Below, in pieces: positions 29,590 to 39,289 of a stretch of DNA of 64,000 nucleotides. The notes under the pieces are model-generated. The model worked only from the letters and a program-made list of their open reading frames with translations. It made no database searches and was not told the DNA's origin. Source of the DNA: Christensenellaceae bacterium 44-20 (GTDB lineage: Bacteria > Bacillota > Clostridia > Christensenellales > Christensenellaceae). The stretch covers positions 1,094,054 to 1,158,053 of the forward strand of contig JBCLQU010000001.1 in NCBI GenBank assembly GCA_041223705.1. The letters run 5' to 3'. The translations under genes were made by a program, and so were the position numbers. Every line of letters begins with the position of its first letter. The first letter of the stretch is position 1.

Positions 29590-29805
29590 TTACTTATTGG
29601 AATGTGCCTGCTCCACGGATTCGATCATCTTCTTCACCATGTAGCCGCCAACATAGCCTGCCTCTTTAGAAGTCAGGTCGCCGTTATAGCCCTTCTTCAG
29701 GTTGACGCCCAGCTCATTGGCAATCTCGTATTTCATGTTATCCATCTTCTCGCGCGCCTGAGCCGTATCGTTTGCCAGGCGATTGCTGTTGTTGCTGCTA
29801 GCCAT
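29590..29805 (-). CDS. alpha/beta-type small acid-soluble spore protein
   Basis: 71 aa with the SASP signature KYEIANELGV...GDLTSKEAG.VGG.M. RBS GGAGGT. Confidence 0.9.
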   Translation of the reverse strand: MASSNNSNRLANDTAQAREKMDNMKYEIANELGVNLKKGYNGDLTSKEAGYVGGYMVKKMIESVEQAHSNK

Positions 29806-29847
29806 TGAAAGTTTACCTCCTTCTTTCAGATTTTAGGTTTTATCAGG

Positions 29848-30042
29848 TTATTTGCCCTGATACTGTTCAATCATTCTCTTAACCATGTAGCCGCCGACAG
29901 TGCCGTTCTCTTTCGCTGTGAGATCGCCATTGTAGCCTTCTTTCAGGTTGATGCCCTGTTCGTTTGCGATTTCGTACTTCATCTGATTGAGCCACTCTTT
30001 CGCTTCCGGAACATTAGCACGGTTGCTGGAATTTCTAGCCAT
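29848..30042 (-). CDS. alpha/beta-type small acid-soluble spore protein (second copy)
   Basis: KYEIANEQGINLKEGYNGDLTAKENGTVGGYM. ATG (MARNSSN) after GGAGGTG. The ORF track added 3 codons from a GTG. Confidence 0.9.
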   Translation of the reverse strand: MARNSSNRANVPEAKEWLNQMKYEIANEQGINLKEGYNGDLTAKENGTVGGYMVKRMIEQYQGK

Positions 30043-30411
30043 GATTTTCACCTCCGTATTAGAATTTGAGAGTTCATCTCCAAACAGCTTTTCTGCTGTG
30101 TAATCTTAATTTTCCCTTGCACGGACAAAATAATCTGGTAATTTTTATAAATTTCCACCTGTTTTGCCGCATTCTATCCAATTCTGATTACAAGCGCGGT
30201 CGCTCATGCTTTTTCCGCTCAGCACCTTTTTGGCGAATTGCCAATTTCAGCTGTCGGTGCTATTATGCCCGCAAAAAGTGTTTCTATTTGCTTTTTTCGC
30301 GTCAATTTCTTCCAATTCCAGCTTTTTTCAATTCATATAAAAATGATAGAAATAAAAAAAGAAGGCAGCCGCCCCAAAGGCACGCCGCCCATCTTTTTTG
30401 AATGCCCTGGC

Positions 30412-30918
30412 TCATCTCTGCCGCTGCATTTCTATGCACTTCCATACCTGCCCCAGGCAAGAGTACTGCTCTGTTTGCTCCAGTCGCACCTCTCCAAACC
30501 CGCAGGCCCGATAGCACCCGATTGCCGGAGCGTTATTCTCAAATACGCCCAGCGAAACTTTTTGCACGTTTAAAACATCAAACGCATACTGCACCGCCAG
30601 GCAGACCATCTGCCTGCCATAGCCCTTGCCGCGCTTTTTGTCGTCCACGATGACGAAGCCCAGCCGCGCCTCGCTGGCATCTGCCTTGCGCGGAAAGCGC
30701 AGCGTGAAATGCCCGGCGACTTCGCCTTCGTCCAGGGCCGTCATGCAAAAAATGCCGTCTTGCTTTTTTACTTTCTCATAGTATGCGTTCATCTCCTCCG
30801 GAGCAATGGGATAGTGCTCGTATCGATCTGCGCTCCATTGCCGAAAGGCAAATTCATCCCTGAGCCATGCCAGGATGCACTGTGCATCGCCCGGCTCATA
30901 TGGCCTAAGCCTCAGCAT
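30412..30918 (-). CDS. GNAT family N-acetyltransferase
   Basis: 168 aa. Motif A RGKGYGRQMV and a typical fold-length protein. Confidence 0.8.
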   Translation of the reverse strand: MLRLRPYEPGDAQCILAWLRDEFAFRQWSADRYEHYPIAPEEMNAYYEKVKKQDGIFCMTALDEGEVAGHFTLRFPRKADASEARLGFVIVDDKKRGKGYGRQMVCLAVQYAFDVLNVQKVSLGVFENNAPAIGCYRACGFGEVRLEQTEQYSCLGQVWKCIEMQRQR

Positions 30919-30926
30919 CGCTCTGC

Positions 30927-31400
30927 CTACTCCTGGATAAAAACCCGCTTCATGACGATATCGTCATAGGGGCGATCCGAATAATCCGTAACGGCATCCG
31001 CAATCTGATCCACCACTTCCATGCCCGAGACCACTTTGCCAAACGCCGCATACTGCCCATCCAGATAGGGCGCATCCGCGTGCATGATGAAGAACTGGCT
31101 GCCCGCAGAATCGGGAGCCTGCGCCCGGGCCATGGAGATCACGCCGCGCACATGCTTAATCGGATTTTCCACGCCGTTGGCCGCAAATTCGCCCTTGATG
31201 TGATACCCTGGGCCGCCCATGCCCGTGCCCTCCGGGCAGCCGCCCTGAATCATAAAGCCGCTGATGACCCGGTGGAAGATGAGGCCGTCGTAAAACCCTT
31301 CCCGCACCAGCTTTTCAAAGTTCTCCACTGTGATGGGCGCGGCCTTCGCGTCCAGCTCCAGCTCGATTTTCCCGCCGTTTTGCATTTCAATGACGATCAT
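30927..31400 (-). CDS. ppiB: peptidyl-prolyl cis-trans isomerase, cyclophilin type
   Basis: [15 protein letters not shown] and GSQFFI motifs. Confidence 0.9.
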   Translation of the reverse strand: MIVIEMQNGGKIELELDAKAAPITVENFEKLVREGFYDGLIFHRVISGFMIQGGCPEGTGMGGPGYHIKGEFAANGVENPIKHVRGVISMARAQAPDSAGSQFFIMHADAPYLDGQYAAFGKVVSGMEVVDQIADAVTDYSDRPYDDIVMKRVFIQE

Positions 31401-31415
31401 TTGTATTCTCTCCTT

Positions 31416-32585
31416 TTACTCTGGTTTTTTTGCGCCGCAATTCGGGCAGAATTTCCCCTGGCTGGCCGTTCCGCAGGCGCAGGTCCAGGTTTCGCCGCCC
31501 TCCGGCTTTTTGGCGCCGCAGTTCTGGCAGAAATTCCCCGAATTTTTGCTGCCGCAGGCCGGGCAGCTCCATCCGTTTGCCGCCGCAGGTGCAGGCTCCG
31601 GGCTATTCTCAAAGAACGAAGCCACATTTGCGCCGCCGGCTTGCTGCGCCATGCCCAGGCCCATGAACCCCGTCATCGCGCCGGCATCGTTTTTGGATGC
31701 GTTTTCCATGGCGTTTGCCTGCGCGCCGCCCAGCCGCGCACCCATCATGCGCGTATTGGTATAAACCCGGGATTCCTGGAACTGCGCTATTTTCCTGGCG
31801 CTCTCGGCATCCGGCGTGATGGATGCCAGCGCCACAGCCACCACCGAGATGCCCCGGTTCTGCACCCAATCCTCGGTCAGCTCCTGGTTGAGCTGATCCG
31901 CGATCTCGTTGGTATAGAGCGGAAGCTGATCGTAAGCGATGCCTTTGAGGGCAATTTTGCCCAGAGCCGGCTGGAGGTTATGCTGTACTTCGGTTTTGAG
32001 CTGCTCGTCGATCTGGCTTCTGCGAAAAACATCCTGCACGTTGCCGCAGACGTTGGCATAGAACATGATGGGGTCTGTGATGCGGTAGGAATAGGTCCCG
32101 TAGCCTTTGAGCATGATGGTAAAGCCAAACTCGCTGTCCCGGAGGGGCACTTCCCCCACGCCCACTTTATTGCCCATGATCTCCTTGGTGTTGATATAGT
32201 AGACCCGCTGGTCGTTTTCCGGCTGGCCGCCGAAGGTAAAGCGCTTACCCACCTTCTTAAAGCTCTCTTTGAGGCCATGCCATCCGCTATCCAGCATGGA
32301 GGGCTCTGTGCCCGTCTGGTAGATATATTCGCCCGGCTCGGCGCAGAAATCCACAATTCTGCCGTTTTCCACGATGAGCATGCACTGCCCCTCGTTGACG
32401 GCCACTTTCGAGCCATCCGAGATGATATTCTCACTGCGCTTTGTGTTCGAGCTCTTCTCTCCAATCCGCGCCTGGCCCTTCTGCATGAGCACATCTGCGC
32501 TCATAGCATCGCAGTAAATAAATTCCTTCCATTGATCGGCCAGCGTCGTGCGCGCCGCGCCGCCAAAAGCTTTGATCAGCCCCAT
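31416..32585 (-). CDS. SPFH-domain protein of the COG4260/YdjI type with two C-terminal zinc-ribbon repeats
   Basis: N-terminal SPFH/virion-core-like domain. The C-terminus has WSCPACGSKNSGNFCQNCGAKKPE and WTCACGTASQGKFCPNCGAKKPE. Confidence 0.75.
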   Translation of the reverse strand: MGLIKAFGGAARTTLADQWKEFIYCDAMSADVLMQKGQARIGEKSSNTKRSENIISDGSKVAVNEGQCMLIVENGRIVDFCAEPGEYIYQTGTEPSMLDSGWHGLKESFKKVGKRFTFGGQPENDQRVYYINTKEIMGNKVGVGEVPLRDSEFGFTIMLKGYGTYSYRITDPIMFYANVCGNVQDVFRRSQIDEQLKTEVQHNLQPALGKIALKGIAYDQLPLYTNEIADQLNQELTEDWVQNRGISVVAVALASITPDAESARKIAQFQESRVYTNTRMMGARLGGAQANAMENASKNDAGAMTGFMGLGMAQQAGGANVASFFENSPEPAPAAANGWSCPACGSKNSGNFCQNCGAKKPEGGETWTCACGTASQGKFCPNCGAKKPE

Positions 32586-32628
32586 TTTTTGCTACCTCCT
32601 GTTTTCTCTTGCTGTACTCTTCCTGTTT

Positions 32629-33627
32629 TTACTGATTATCCCGCAGTATGACGCCGCTGTTATCCACAATCACGCCGGGCTTCACCGCCTGCATATCGCA
32701 GAGCACCCAGTCGTAATCCCCGGTGGTTACGATAAAGCCGCAGTATTCACATTTTCCCGCGCTGGTAATCTGCGTGGGCGCTCCGCAATGCGGGCAGGCG
32801 ATGATATTGCTGGCCGCGGCTGGGTCTGTCTTGACGCCGTTTTTGCGTGTAAATTTCATCAGATACTGCATATAGCAATCGACGTTGGGATTGCCCATCA
32901 GAACCTGCCGCGTCTTTTCATCGATGATGTAATCCCGCATCCGCGCCTGCAGATAGACCGTCAGATATTCATACTGCGGGTCTCTCTCATATTTCTGCAA
33001 AAACGCCTGGTTGACGTTGATGCGCTCCATCACGTTGATGCGGCCCTGATCGAGATATTCCTGCAATAGCTTCTGATGCTGGGCAAAGAGCTCTTCCTGC
33101 TCAAACGGGCGGATTTTGGACCAATCCCGCTCCATCCATGCCTGCTGCAAGGTAACGTAGACCTCCTTGCTCCAGGCCAGGAACTTCTCTTTGTTAAAGA
33201 GCGGATCCACGGCTAAAATGGCCCGCTCAATTTCCTGCGTATGATCCAGAACCTGCGGCACCGCGCCGCGGTAGCTGCCGCCCGTTCCCGCTCTGCCCCG
33301 GCTGTTTTTATTTTTCAGGGCAGAAACGCAGATGAGCAAAGCGATGAAAACGATCACTGCAATCGCGCCGGCATTCCCGCTGAAAAAATAAAACCCGCCG
33401 CCAGAGCCGGTATAATCGCTGTCCCAGTCGTCGTCCCAGCTGCTGCCCCAGTCGCTTCCGCCGCCCCAATCACTGCCGCCCCAGTCGCCCCCGCCGCCGT
33501 AGTCATTGTAATTGCCGGCATCTACCGGCAGGATTTCGCCGCCCGGCGCTTCTTTGGCAAAAACAGTGCCAACTGCCAGCACCGCAAGCAGCATCACGGC
33601 CGCAAACAGCCATGCCTTTCCCTTCAT
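32629..33627 (-). CDS. Tim44-like-domain membrane protein with Gly/Asp/Trp-rich repeats and C-terminal zinc ribbon
   Basis: Signal/TM N-terminus, then low-complexity GDWGGSDWGGGSDWGSSWDDDWDSD, then a TM helix, then a Tim44-like globular domain, then CPHCGAP...CEYCG. Confidence 0.6.
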   Translation of the reverse strand: MKGKAWLFAAVMLLAVLAVGTVFAKEAPGGEILPVDAGNYNDYGGGGDWGGSDWGGGSDWGSSWDDDWDSDYTGSGGGFYFFSGNAGAIAVIVFIALLICVSALKNKNSRGRAGTGGSYRGAVPQVLDHTQEIERAILAVDPLFNKEKFLAWSKEVYVTLQQAWMERDWSKIRPFEQEELFAQHQKLLQEYLDQGRINVMERINVNQAFLQKYERDPQYEYLTVYLQARMRDYIIDEKTRQVLMGNPNVDCYMQYLMKFTRKNGVKTDPAAASNIIACPHCGAPTQITSAGKCEYCGFIVTTGDYDWVLCDMQAVKPGVIVDNSGVILRDNQ

Positions 33628-33740
33628 CTTTTCTTTCCTTCTTCCCTGATAGCATATACTGCTTCTGTTTTCTTAATCATACTATGTTTGGCGAAAAAAA
33701 TCTATCCGCGCCTAAAAAGAAATTGTAACGAAAGCGAAAA

Positions 33741-33775
33741 AAAGAGAGGCGGCAAGTTTGCCGCCCCCCATTTTG
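33741..33775 (-). terminator. rho-independent terminator of the autolysin gene
   Basis: GGCGGCAA/TTGCCGCC stem with a T-run on the minus strand. Confidence 0.55.
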
Positions 33776-36700
33776 TTATCCGATTTTCTGTACTTTGCTG
33801 AATGCGCCGTAGGATTTGCTGCCATTGACCATCTCATACGGCCGCACTTTGTAGTACTTGGCAACGCCGCGGGTCTGGCCCCCCTCCACATAGTTCTCAC
33901 AGCCGCTATCCGCCGTCTGCATGGCCAGCGTAAACGGCCCGTTCTCAGATGCCGCGCGGTAGACCTCGTAGCCGGCCGCCTGCGGGTTTGCCACCCAGTT
34001 GAGCACATACTGATAGTCTCCGTTGCGCTCCCGATCCTGCCCAAAGCGAATCTCTGCCGCCGGGAGGTTGTGCTGGACATCGGAAAATTCTCCGTAGACT
34101 TTTTTCCCGCCTTGCATCCAGTAGGCACGCACTTTGTAGTATCTTACTGCATCGTCCGGCTGGGCGCATACATAGTTCTCGCAGCCGCCGTCCGCCGTCT
34201 GCATGGCCAGCGTAAACGGCCCATCGGCGCTCTCTGCGCTGTGCACCTCATAGCCCTCCACTCCGCTAACCGCCTCCCAGTTGAGCACATGCTGGAACTG
34301 CCCATTCCGCTCTCTGGTCAGGAAGAAGCGCACCTTGGGCACAATGGGCGTCCCAATCTGCTGAACCTTGCTGAACGCGCCGTAGGACTTGCTGCCGTTC
34401 ACCATCTGATAGGCGCGCACTTTATAGTATTTGGGAAGCCCCTGCTTCTGGCCGCCGCTGACGAAGTTTTCACACTTGCCGTCTGCCGTCTGCATAGCCA
34501 GCGCAAACGGCCCGTTTTCGGCTTCCGCGCAGTATACTTCGTAGCCTTCCGCTCCGCCAACTGCCTCCCAGTTGAGCACATGCTGATAGTCTCCACCCCG
34601 CACTCGCTCCTGCCCAAACCGGAACTGCGGCGCCGAAAGATTGGATTGCACCTCGGAAAACGCGCTGTACTGCTTAACGCTGCCCACCATGCGGTAGGCG
34701 CGCACTTTATAGTAGCTCACTGCGTCCTCACTGCCGGCGCCCACATAGTTTTCCCAGTTTTTATCCGCGCTTTGGCCCGCCAGGGTAAATGGCCCATCGG
34801 CGCTCTGCGCGCGGTAGACCTCATATCCCGATGCCCAGCTCACCGATTCCCAGTTGAGCACATGCTGGAACTGCCCATTCCGCTCTCTGGCCTGGAAGAA
34901 GCGCACCTTGGGCGCCGGCAGATCCTGCAGTTTCCCGATCTGCTGAACCTTGCTGAACGCTCCAAGAGACTTGCTGCCGTTCACCATCTGATAAGCGCGC
35001 ACTTTGTAGTATTTGGGAATGCCGCTGACCTGCCTTCCATCCACAAAGTTCTCGCACTTGCCATCGCCACTCTCCATGACAAGCGAGAACGGGCCATCCG
35101 GGCTCGCGGAAACATAGACCTGATATCCCTCTGCGCCCGAAACCGCCTCCCAGTTGAGCACATACTGGTAGTCCCCGTTGCGCTCCCGATCCTGGCCAAA
35201 CCGGATCGACGGCGACGGGAGATTTTGCTGCACTTCGGAAAAACCGCCGTAGAATTTGATGCCGCCGCGCAGCCAATAGGCGCGCACTTTATAGAAGCAT
35301 GCCGCGTCCTCACTGCCGGCGCCCACATAGTTCTCGGTGCCCGCGCCTGCGAGATCTGCGGCCAGTGTAAACGAGCCGCCGGCGCTTGCCGCGCGGTAAA
35401 TCTCATAGCCCGATGCGCCCGAGACTGCCTCCCAGTTGAGCACATGCTGGAACTGGCCGTTCCGCTCTCTGGTCAGGAAAAAGCGCACTTTTGGCGTCGG
35501 CAGCCCCTGATCCGTGCCCGCCCTCTGCACAGCGGTAAACCCGCCGTAGACGCGCACGCCCTGGATGTTGCGATAGGGGCGCACTTTATAGTATCTCGGG
35601 ATGCCGCGCACCTGCCCGCCATCCACATAGTTTTCCCACTTGGCATCTGCGCTCTGCGCCAAGAGCGCGAAGGGCCCGTTGGCGCTGTAGGAAGCGTAGA
35701 CCTCATAGCCATTGGCGCCGGAAACAGCTTCCCAGTTGAGCACATACTGGTAATCCCCGTTCCGCTCCCGATCCTGCACAAACCGCACCTTCGCCGCCGG
35801 CAGGTTGCTCTTCGCCTGAGAAAACCGGCTGTACCGGCGGACGCCGTCCACCACGCGGTAAGCCCGCACTTTATAGTATTTCACCGTACTGCGGGAGGCC
35901 GCATTGCTGTAAACCTTGGTATTGCCGCCGGATGCACTGCCCACCAGGCTATACGTCCCATTCGCGCTGGAGGAGGCGTGAATCTCGTAGCCCTCTGCGC
36001 CTGAGACAGGCTTCCAGGTGATATTATGCCGATCCGAGCTGTCCGGCACCTGGATATAGAGCATCTCGGGCGTATCCGTCGCCTGGCCCAGCATCTGCAC
36101 CTCTGTAAACGGCCCATAGGATTTATTGCCCAAAATCAGCTCGTATGGGCGCACCTTATAGTATTTGGGAATGCCTTTGCGCTGCTTTCCATCCACAAAG
36201 TTTTCGCACTTTCCGTCTGCTGTCTGCATGGCCAGCGTAAACGGGCCGTTTTCGGTAATCGAGGAATAGACTTCATAGCCATCTGCCCGGGAGAGCGAAA
36301 TCCAGTTGAGCACATACTGATAATCTCCATCCCGCTCTCTATCCTGCGTAAAGCGGAATTCCACCGAGGGGATATTGCAGGCGGGGGCTGAAAACTCGCC
36401 GTAGTATGTTTTCCCATTGGCGATTCGATAAGCCCGCACTTTATAGTAGCGGACGACGCCTTCCGTCTCATTGCGGACATAGTTCTCCCAATCCGGAGTC
36501 GCGTTTTTCGCTGCCAGCGTATAATTGCCGTTCTCGCTCAGCGAAGTATAAACTTCATAGCCCGCCGCGCCGCTGATGTGCTCCCAGTTGAACACATGCT
36601 GGAATTTGCCATCCCGCACTCTTGTCTGCACAAACCGCACCTTTGGCGCGGGCATCGCCTCGCCCACGACCGTAACCGAAGTGAGATCCATGCGTTTGCC

Positions 36701-38464
36701 GCTGCTGGTATAGACGCGGATCGTTGCCGTTCCCTTGCTCACCGCCGTTACCGTGCCCGTATCGCTGACCGTCACAACCTTGGGGTTTGTGGATTCGAAA
36801 TAGACTTTTTCCGAGGTACCCGTGGTATAGCTGATCGCATAGGTATCGCCGATATAGAGATCGCGCTCGGAATCCGGCTGGCAGTAGTTGCTGTAAATAT
36901 AGCCCTCGTACGTCTGCCCGTTTTTGCTGAAACGGACTTTCACCCAGTAGGGATACGTCAAAAAGCTGGAGGTATATTCCAGGTCGTTGCGGTATCCTCC
37001 TAAAATCTGGAATTTATCGCTGGGCGTGAGCTGAACGCCCACCGAGCCGTAAGAAGTCGCCGGGCCCTTGCGCACGTTGACGCCCGAAGAGGTTACCACG
37101 CCCGTATGCTTGGCTGTTTTGAGCGTAACGCCTGTTTCCGGATTCGGCATGTTGTTGTAGACCGGAATCAGGAAAGACTTGGCAGAGGCCAGCTGCCCCG
37201 CGCCTTTATAGGCGGTATAGGTATTATATGCCTCGGCAGCCGCCCCGGCCACGTTGGTCATATACTGGTGCGTATAATGCGAATAGGAAGAGCCGGGCTT
37301 GACGTTGAAGCGCTGGAAATAGACGGTATCCTGCCCTTTATTGACAAACCGCTCGGCCACGTTCTGCGCGCCGCCGGTGATGGCCCGCATGGGGTCCGTC
37401 CAGGGGCGGCTATAGGTGGTCAGGTTGGCCGAGCCGCCTTTGGCATAGAAAAGGCCGTTGGCGATATTGTTGTCTCCGTCGTTCGCGCCGATATTGAAGT
37501 AGTTATAAAGCCCTTCATACCCCGGGTATCTTCCCGAAATGCTGCCGCTCGTGCCCGATGTGCCCACTTCCTGCTTGATTTTGGAGACGATATAATACGG
37601 GCTCAGCCCGCTGGTATAGCCCGCCTCCAAAACAGCCTGGGAATAGCGCTTGTCCGTCTGAACCTGCTGGCCATCCGATCTATAATAGGAAATATTTTTA
37701 TTGGCCATAAACGTACCCGCCATGACGGATTCTACGCCGCCCTGGGTATGCACAGAGGCGTTGAAGGAAAGCTGCTCAAACTGATAGACGCGCTGCTCGG
37801 TCAGGAAATTGCGCGGATCGATGAAGTAGGCGTCCGCCTGCTTGGAGGCCTTCTGCCAGCCGGGATCGTAAGTGCCCGGCGCAGGGTCTCTCAACGTCTC
37901 ATTGGCCGATTGCTGGATGGTACAGCGGTTGCTCTTGGATTCCTCTGCGATGACTGTGTTCCAATCCAGATTCGTCATCACCGGGATAAACACCCAGTTT
38001 GGGTATTTATTCTGCAACGCCTGAAGCTTATCCCGATAGCTGGCCGGGAACCCGGAAATATTCGAATACAGCATCGTCCGCGGCTTTGGGATGATAATCT
38101 CCGGCACATGCTCAAAGAGGATCTCCTCGCTTGCCGAAGGCGACGGCTCTTCCGGCTCGGCCGAGACAGACGGCGAAGGCTCGCCCTCCTCCGGCTCAGC
38201 GCTGGGCTCCGGCGAAGCGGAGGGCTCCTCCGGCTCAGGCTCTGGCTCGGCGCTCTGCTCCGCAGAAGGCTGGGCATCCGCAGAGGCCTCTGGCTGCGGC
38301 TCAGCGCTGGGCGCAGAGCTCGCGTCGCCGGCCGCATCATCTCCTGCCTGCAAATCCTGCGCATAGGCAAAGGGCAGATTTGCAAAAATAGTGCTCAAAA
38401 ATAAAAAGACAAAAAGCACTGCCGCAGTCGTTTTTTTCAAAAGTTTTCTATGCTTTGTCCTCAT
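33776..38464 (-). CDS. cell-wall hydrolase: GH73 N-acetylglucosaminidase, SH3b domain, Big_2 domain and about 10 tandem FN3-like repeats
   Basis: 1562 aa. Sec signal peptide, then a Pro/Glu-rich acidic linker, then the glucosaminidase core (IKQEVGTSGTS...YNYFNIGA), then SH3b, then Big_2, then about 95-aa repeats sharing VRF.QDRERNGDYQYVLNWEAVSGA.GYEVY...YYKVRAY. RBS AGGGGGAAAA. Confidence 0.85.
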   Translation of the reverse strand: MRTKHRKLLKKTTAAVLFVFLFLSTIFANLPFAYAQDLQAGDDAAGDASSAPSAEPQPEASADAQPSAEQSAEPEPEPEEPSASPEPSAEPEEGEPSPSVSAEPEEPSPSASEEILFEHVPEIIIPKPRTMLYSNISGFPASYRDKLQALQNKYPNWVFIPVMTNLDWNTVIAEESKSNRCTIQQSANETLRDPAPGTYDPGWQKASKQADAYFIDPRNFLTEQRVYQFEQLSFNASVHTQGGVESVMAGTFMANKNISYYRSDGQQVQTDKRYSQAVLEAGYTSGLSPYYIVSKIKQEVGTSGTSGSISGRYPGYEGLYNYFNIGANDGDNNIANGLFYAKGGSANLTTYSRPWTDPMRAITGGAQNVAERFVNKGQDTVYFQRFNVKPGSSYSHYTHQYMTNVAGAAAEAYNTYTAYKGAGQLASAKSFLIPVYNNMPNPETGVTLKTAKHTGVVTSSGVNVRKGPATSYGSVGVQLTPSDKFQILGGYRNDLEYTSSFLTYPYWVKVRFSKNGQTYEGYIYSNYCQPDSERDLYIGDTYAISYTTGTSEKVYFESTNPKVVTVSDTGTVTAVSKGTATIRVYTSSGKRMDLTSVTVVGEAMPAPKVRFVQTRVRDGKFQHVFNWEHISGAAGYEVYTSLSENGNYTLAAKNATPDWENYVRNETEGVVRYYKVRAYRIANGKTYYGEFSAPACNIPSVEFRFTQDRERDGDYQYVLNWISLSRADGYEVYSSITENGPFTLAMQTADGKCENFVDGKQRKGIPKYYKVRPYELILGNKSYGPFTEVQMLGQATDTPEMLYIQVPDSSDRHNITWKPVSGAEGYEIHASSSANGTYSLVGSASGGNTKVYSNAASRSTVKYYKVRAYRVVDGVRRYSRFSQAKSNLPAAKVRFVQDRERNGDYQYVLNWEAVSGANGYEVYASYSANGPFALLAQSADAKWENYVDGGQVRGIPRYYKVRPYRNIQGVRVYGGFTAVQRAGTDQGLPTPKVRFFLTRERNGQFQHVLNWEAVSGASGYEIYRAASAGGSFTLAADLAGAGTENYVGAGSEDAACFYKVRAYWLRGGIKFYGGFSEVQQNLPSPSIRFGQDRERNGDYQYVLNWEAVSGAEGYQVYVSASPDGPFSLVMESGDGKCENFVDGRQVSGIPKYYKVRAYQMVNGSKSLGAFSKVQQIGKLQDLPAPKVRFFQARERNGQFQHVLNWESVSWASGYEVYRAQSADGPFTLAGQSADKNWENYVGAGSEDAVSYYKVRAYRMVGSVKQYSAFSEVQSNLSAPQFRFGQERVRGGDYQHVLNWEAVGGAEGYEVYCAEAENGPFALAMQTADGKCENFVSGGQKQGLPKYYKVRAYQMVNGSKSYGAFSKVQQIGTPIVPKVRFFLTRERNGQFQHVLNWEAVSGVEGYEVHSAESADGPFTLAMQTADGGCENYVCAQPDDAVRYYKVRAYWMQGGKKVYGEFSDVQHNLPAAEIRFGQDRERNGDYQYVLNWVANPQAAGYEVYRAASENGPFTLAMQTADSGCENYVEGGQTRGVAKYYKVRPYEMVNGSKSYGAFSKVQKIG
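33800..36700. repeat. tandem ~285-bp near-identical DNA repeats (coding FN3-like modules inside the autolysin gene)
   Basis: Recurring strings such as CCAGTTGAGCACATGCTGGAACTGCCCATTCCGCTCTCTGG and GCGCGCACTTTATAGTATTTGGGAA are seen several times at about 290-bp spacing. Confidence 0.85.
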
Positions 38465-38576
38465 TTTTCCCCCTAAACAGACTCATTCTTTTGTTTATTA
38501 TAGCGTAACGCTTCTTTCTTGTAAAATCCATTTCCTTTCTAAATTGCCATTTTCAGAAAAATTAACAAATTTCCCT

Positions 38577-39137
38577 TCAGGGCATTATCAGCTCGAAAAC
38601 ACCCAGCAGCACCATGAGAATCGCCGCCGCTTTATCCAGCCAATCCCCGGAGAGCCGCGCATTGGTATACCGCCCGGCCCAGCACCCCGCGCCCACAGCC
38701 AAAAAACTGCCCGCACCCACAGCCGCCGCCATCTGCCAGGGGTATGCGCCTGCCATTCCCGCGCCAAAAGAAGCCGGGATGCAGTTGAGCGCCAGCGTTA
38801 CGGCCAAAACCAGCGTCTTTCCCAGGCCGAGGCGCGGGCCATCCTCGCCCTTGGCCATCTGTTTCTCCTCTTTTCCCGGCTTTTTTTGATAAAAAAACGG
38901 CCAGAGCCCCAGCAAAACGAGCAGCCCGCCGCCCAAATATTTGATCCACGGCCCAAGCTCCGCGCAAACTGCCGCCAACGCGCATCCAAAATAGCTGGCC
39001 AGGGCAGAGCTGGCGGCGATCACCAAATTTGATAAAAACGGAAGCTTTTTTCCTTCCAGCCCGATGCCAAGGCCAATGGCCAGATTATCCAGATTCGTCG
39101 CAATTCCAAGCAGAACTGCGGAAAATAATTGCTGCAT
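38577..39137 (-). CDS. ytaF: YtaF/MntP-family sporulation membrane protein (putative Mn efflux-type)
   Basis: LLGIATNLDNLAIGLGIG motif duplicated (AGMAGAY...). The ATG at 39137 has RBS GGGAGGG. The ORF track's upstream extension is unsupported. Confidence 0.7.
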   Translation of the reverse strand: MQQLFSAVLLGIATNLDNLAIGLGIGLEGKKLPFLSNLVIAASSALASYFGCALAAVCAELGPWIKYLGGGLLVLLGLWPFFYQKKPGKEEKQMAKGEDGPRLGLGKTLVLAVTLALNCIPASFGAGMAGAYPWQMAAAVGAGSFLAVGAGCWAGRYTNARLSGDWLDKAAAILMVLLGVFELIMP

Positions 39138-39289
39138 TTCCCATCCCTCCCTGCTATCATATGCCGGGGGCTTGGGATGGGTTCTGCCGGCCGCCAGGCA
39201 GAAAACCGGCACTTTTCTCCAATTTTTTCTAATCTCTGCAAAATATGCTATAATAAAAGTAACAATTAAGCGGGGAGCAGGGTATTAGC

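Noticed and set aside
31080-32651. 523-aa plus-strand ORF
   Set aside because: Antisense to ppiB and the SPFH gene.
33758-36004. 748-aa plus-strand ORF and other long ORFs (34981-35445, 37106-38404) inside the autolysin locus
   Set aside because: Antisense or alternative frames of the repetitive autolysin gene. The repeats create long open frames by chance.
33800-36700. Possible CRISPR-like regular repeats
   Set aside because: Repeat unit about 285 bp without short spacers. It lies inside a long ORF and encodes FN3-like protein modules, so it is not a CRISPR array.
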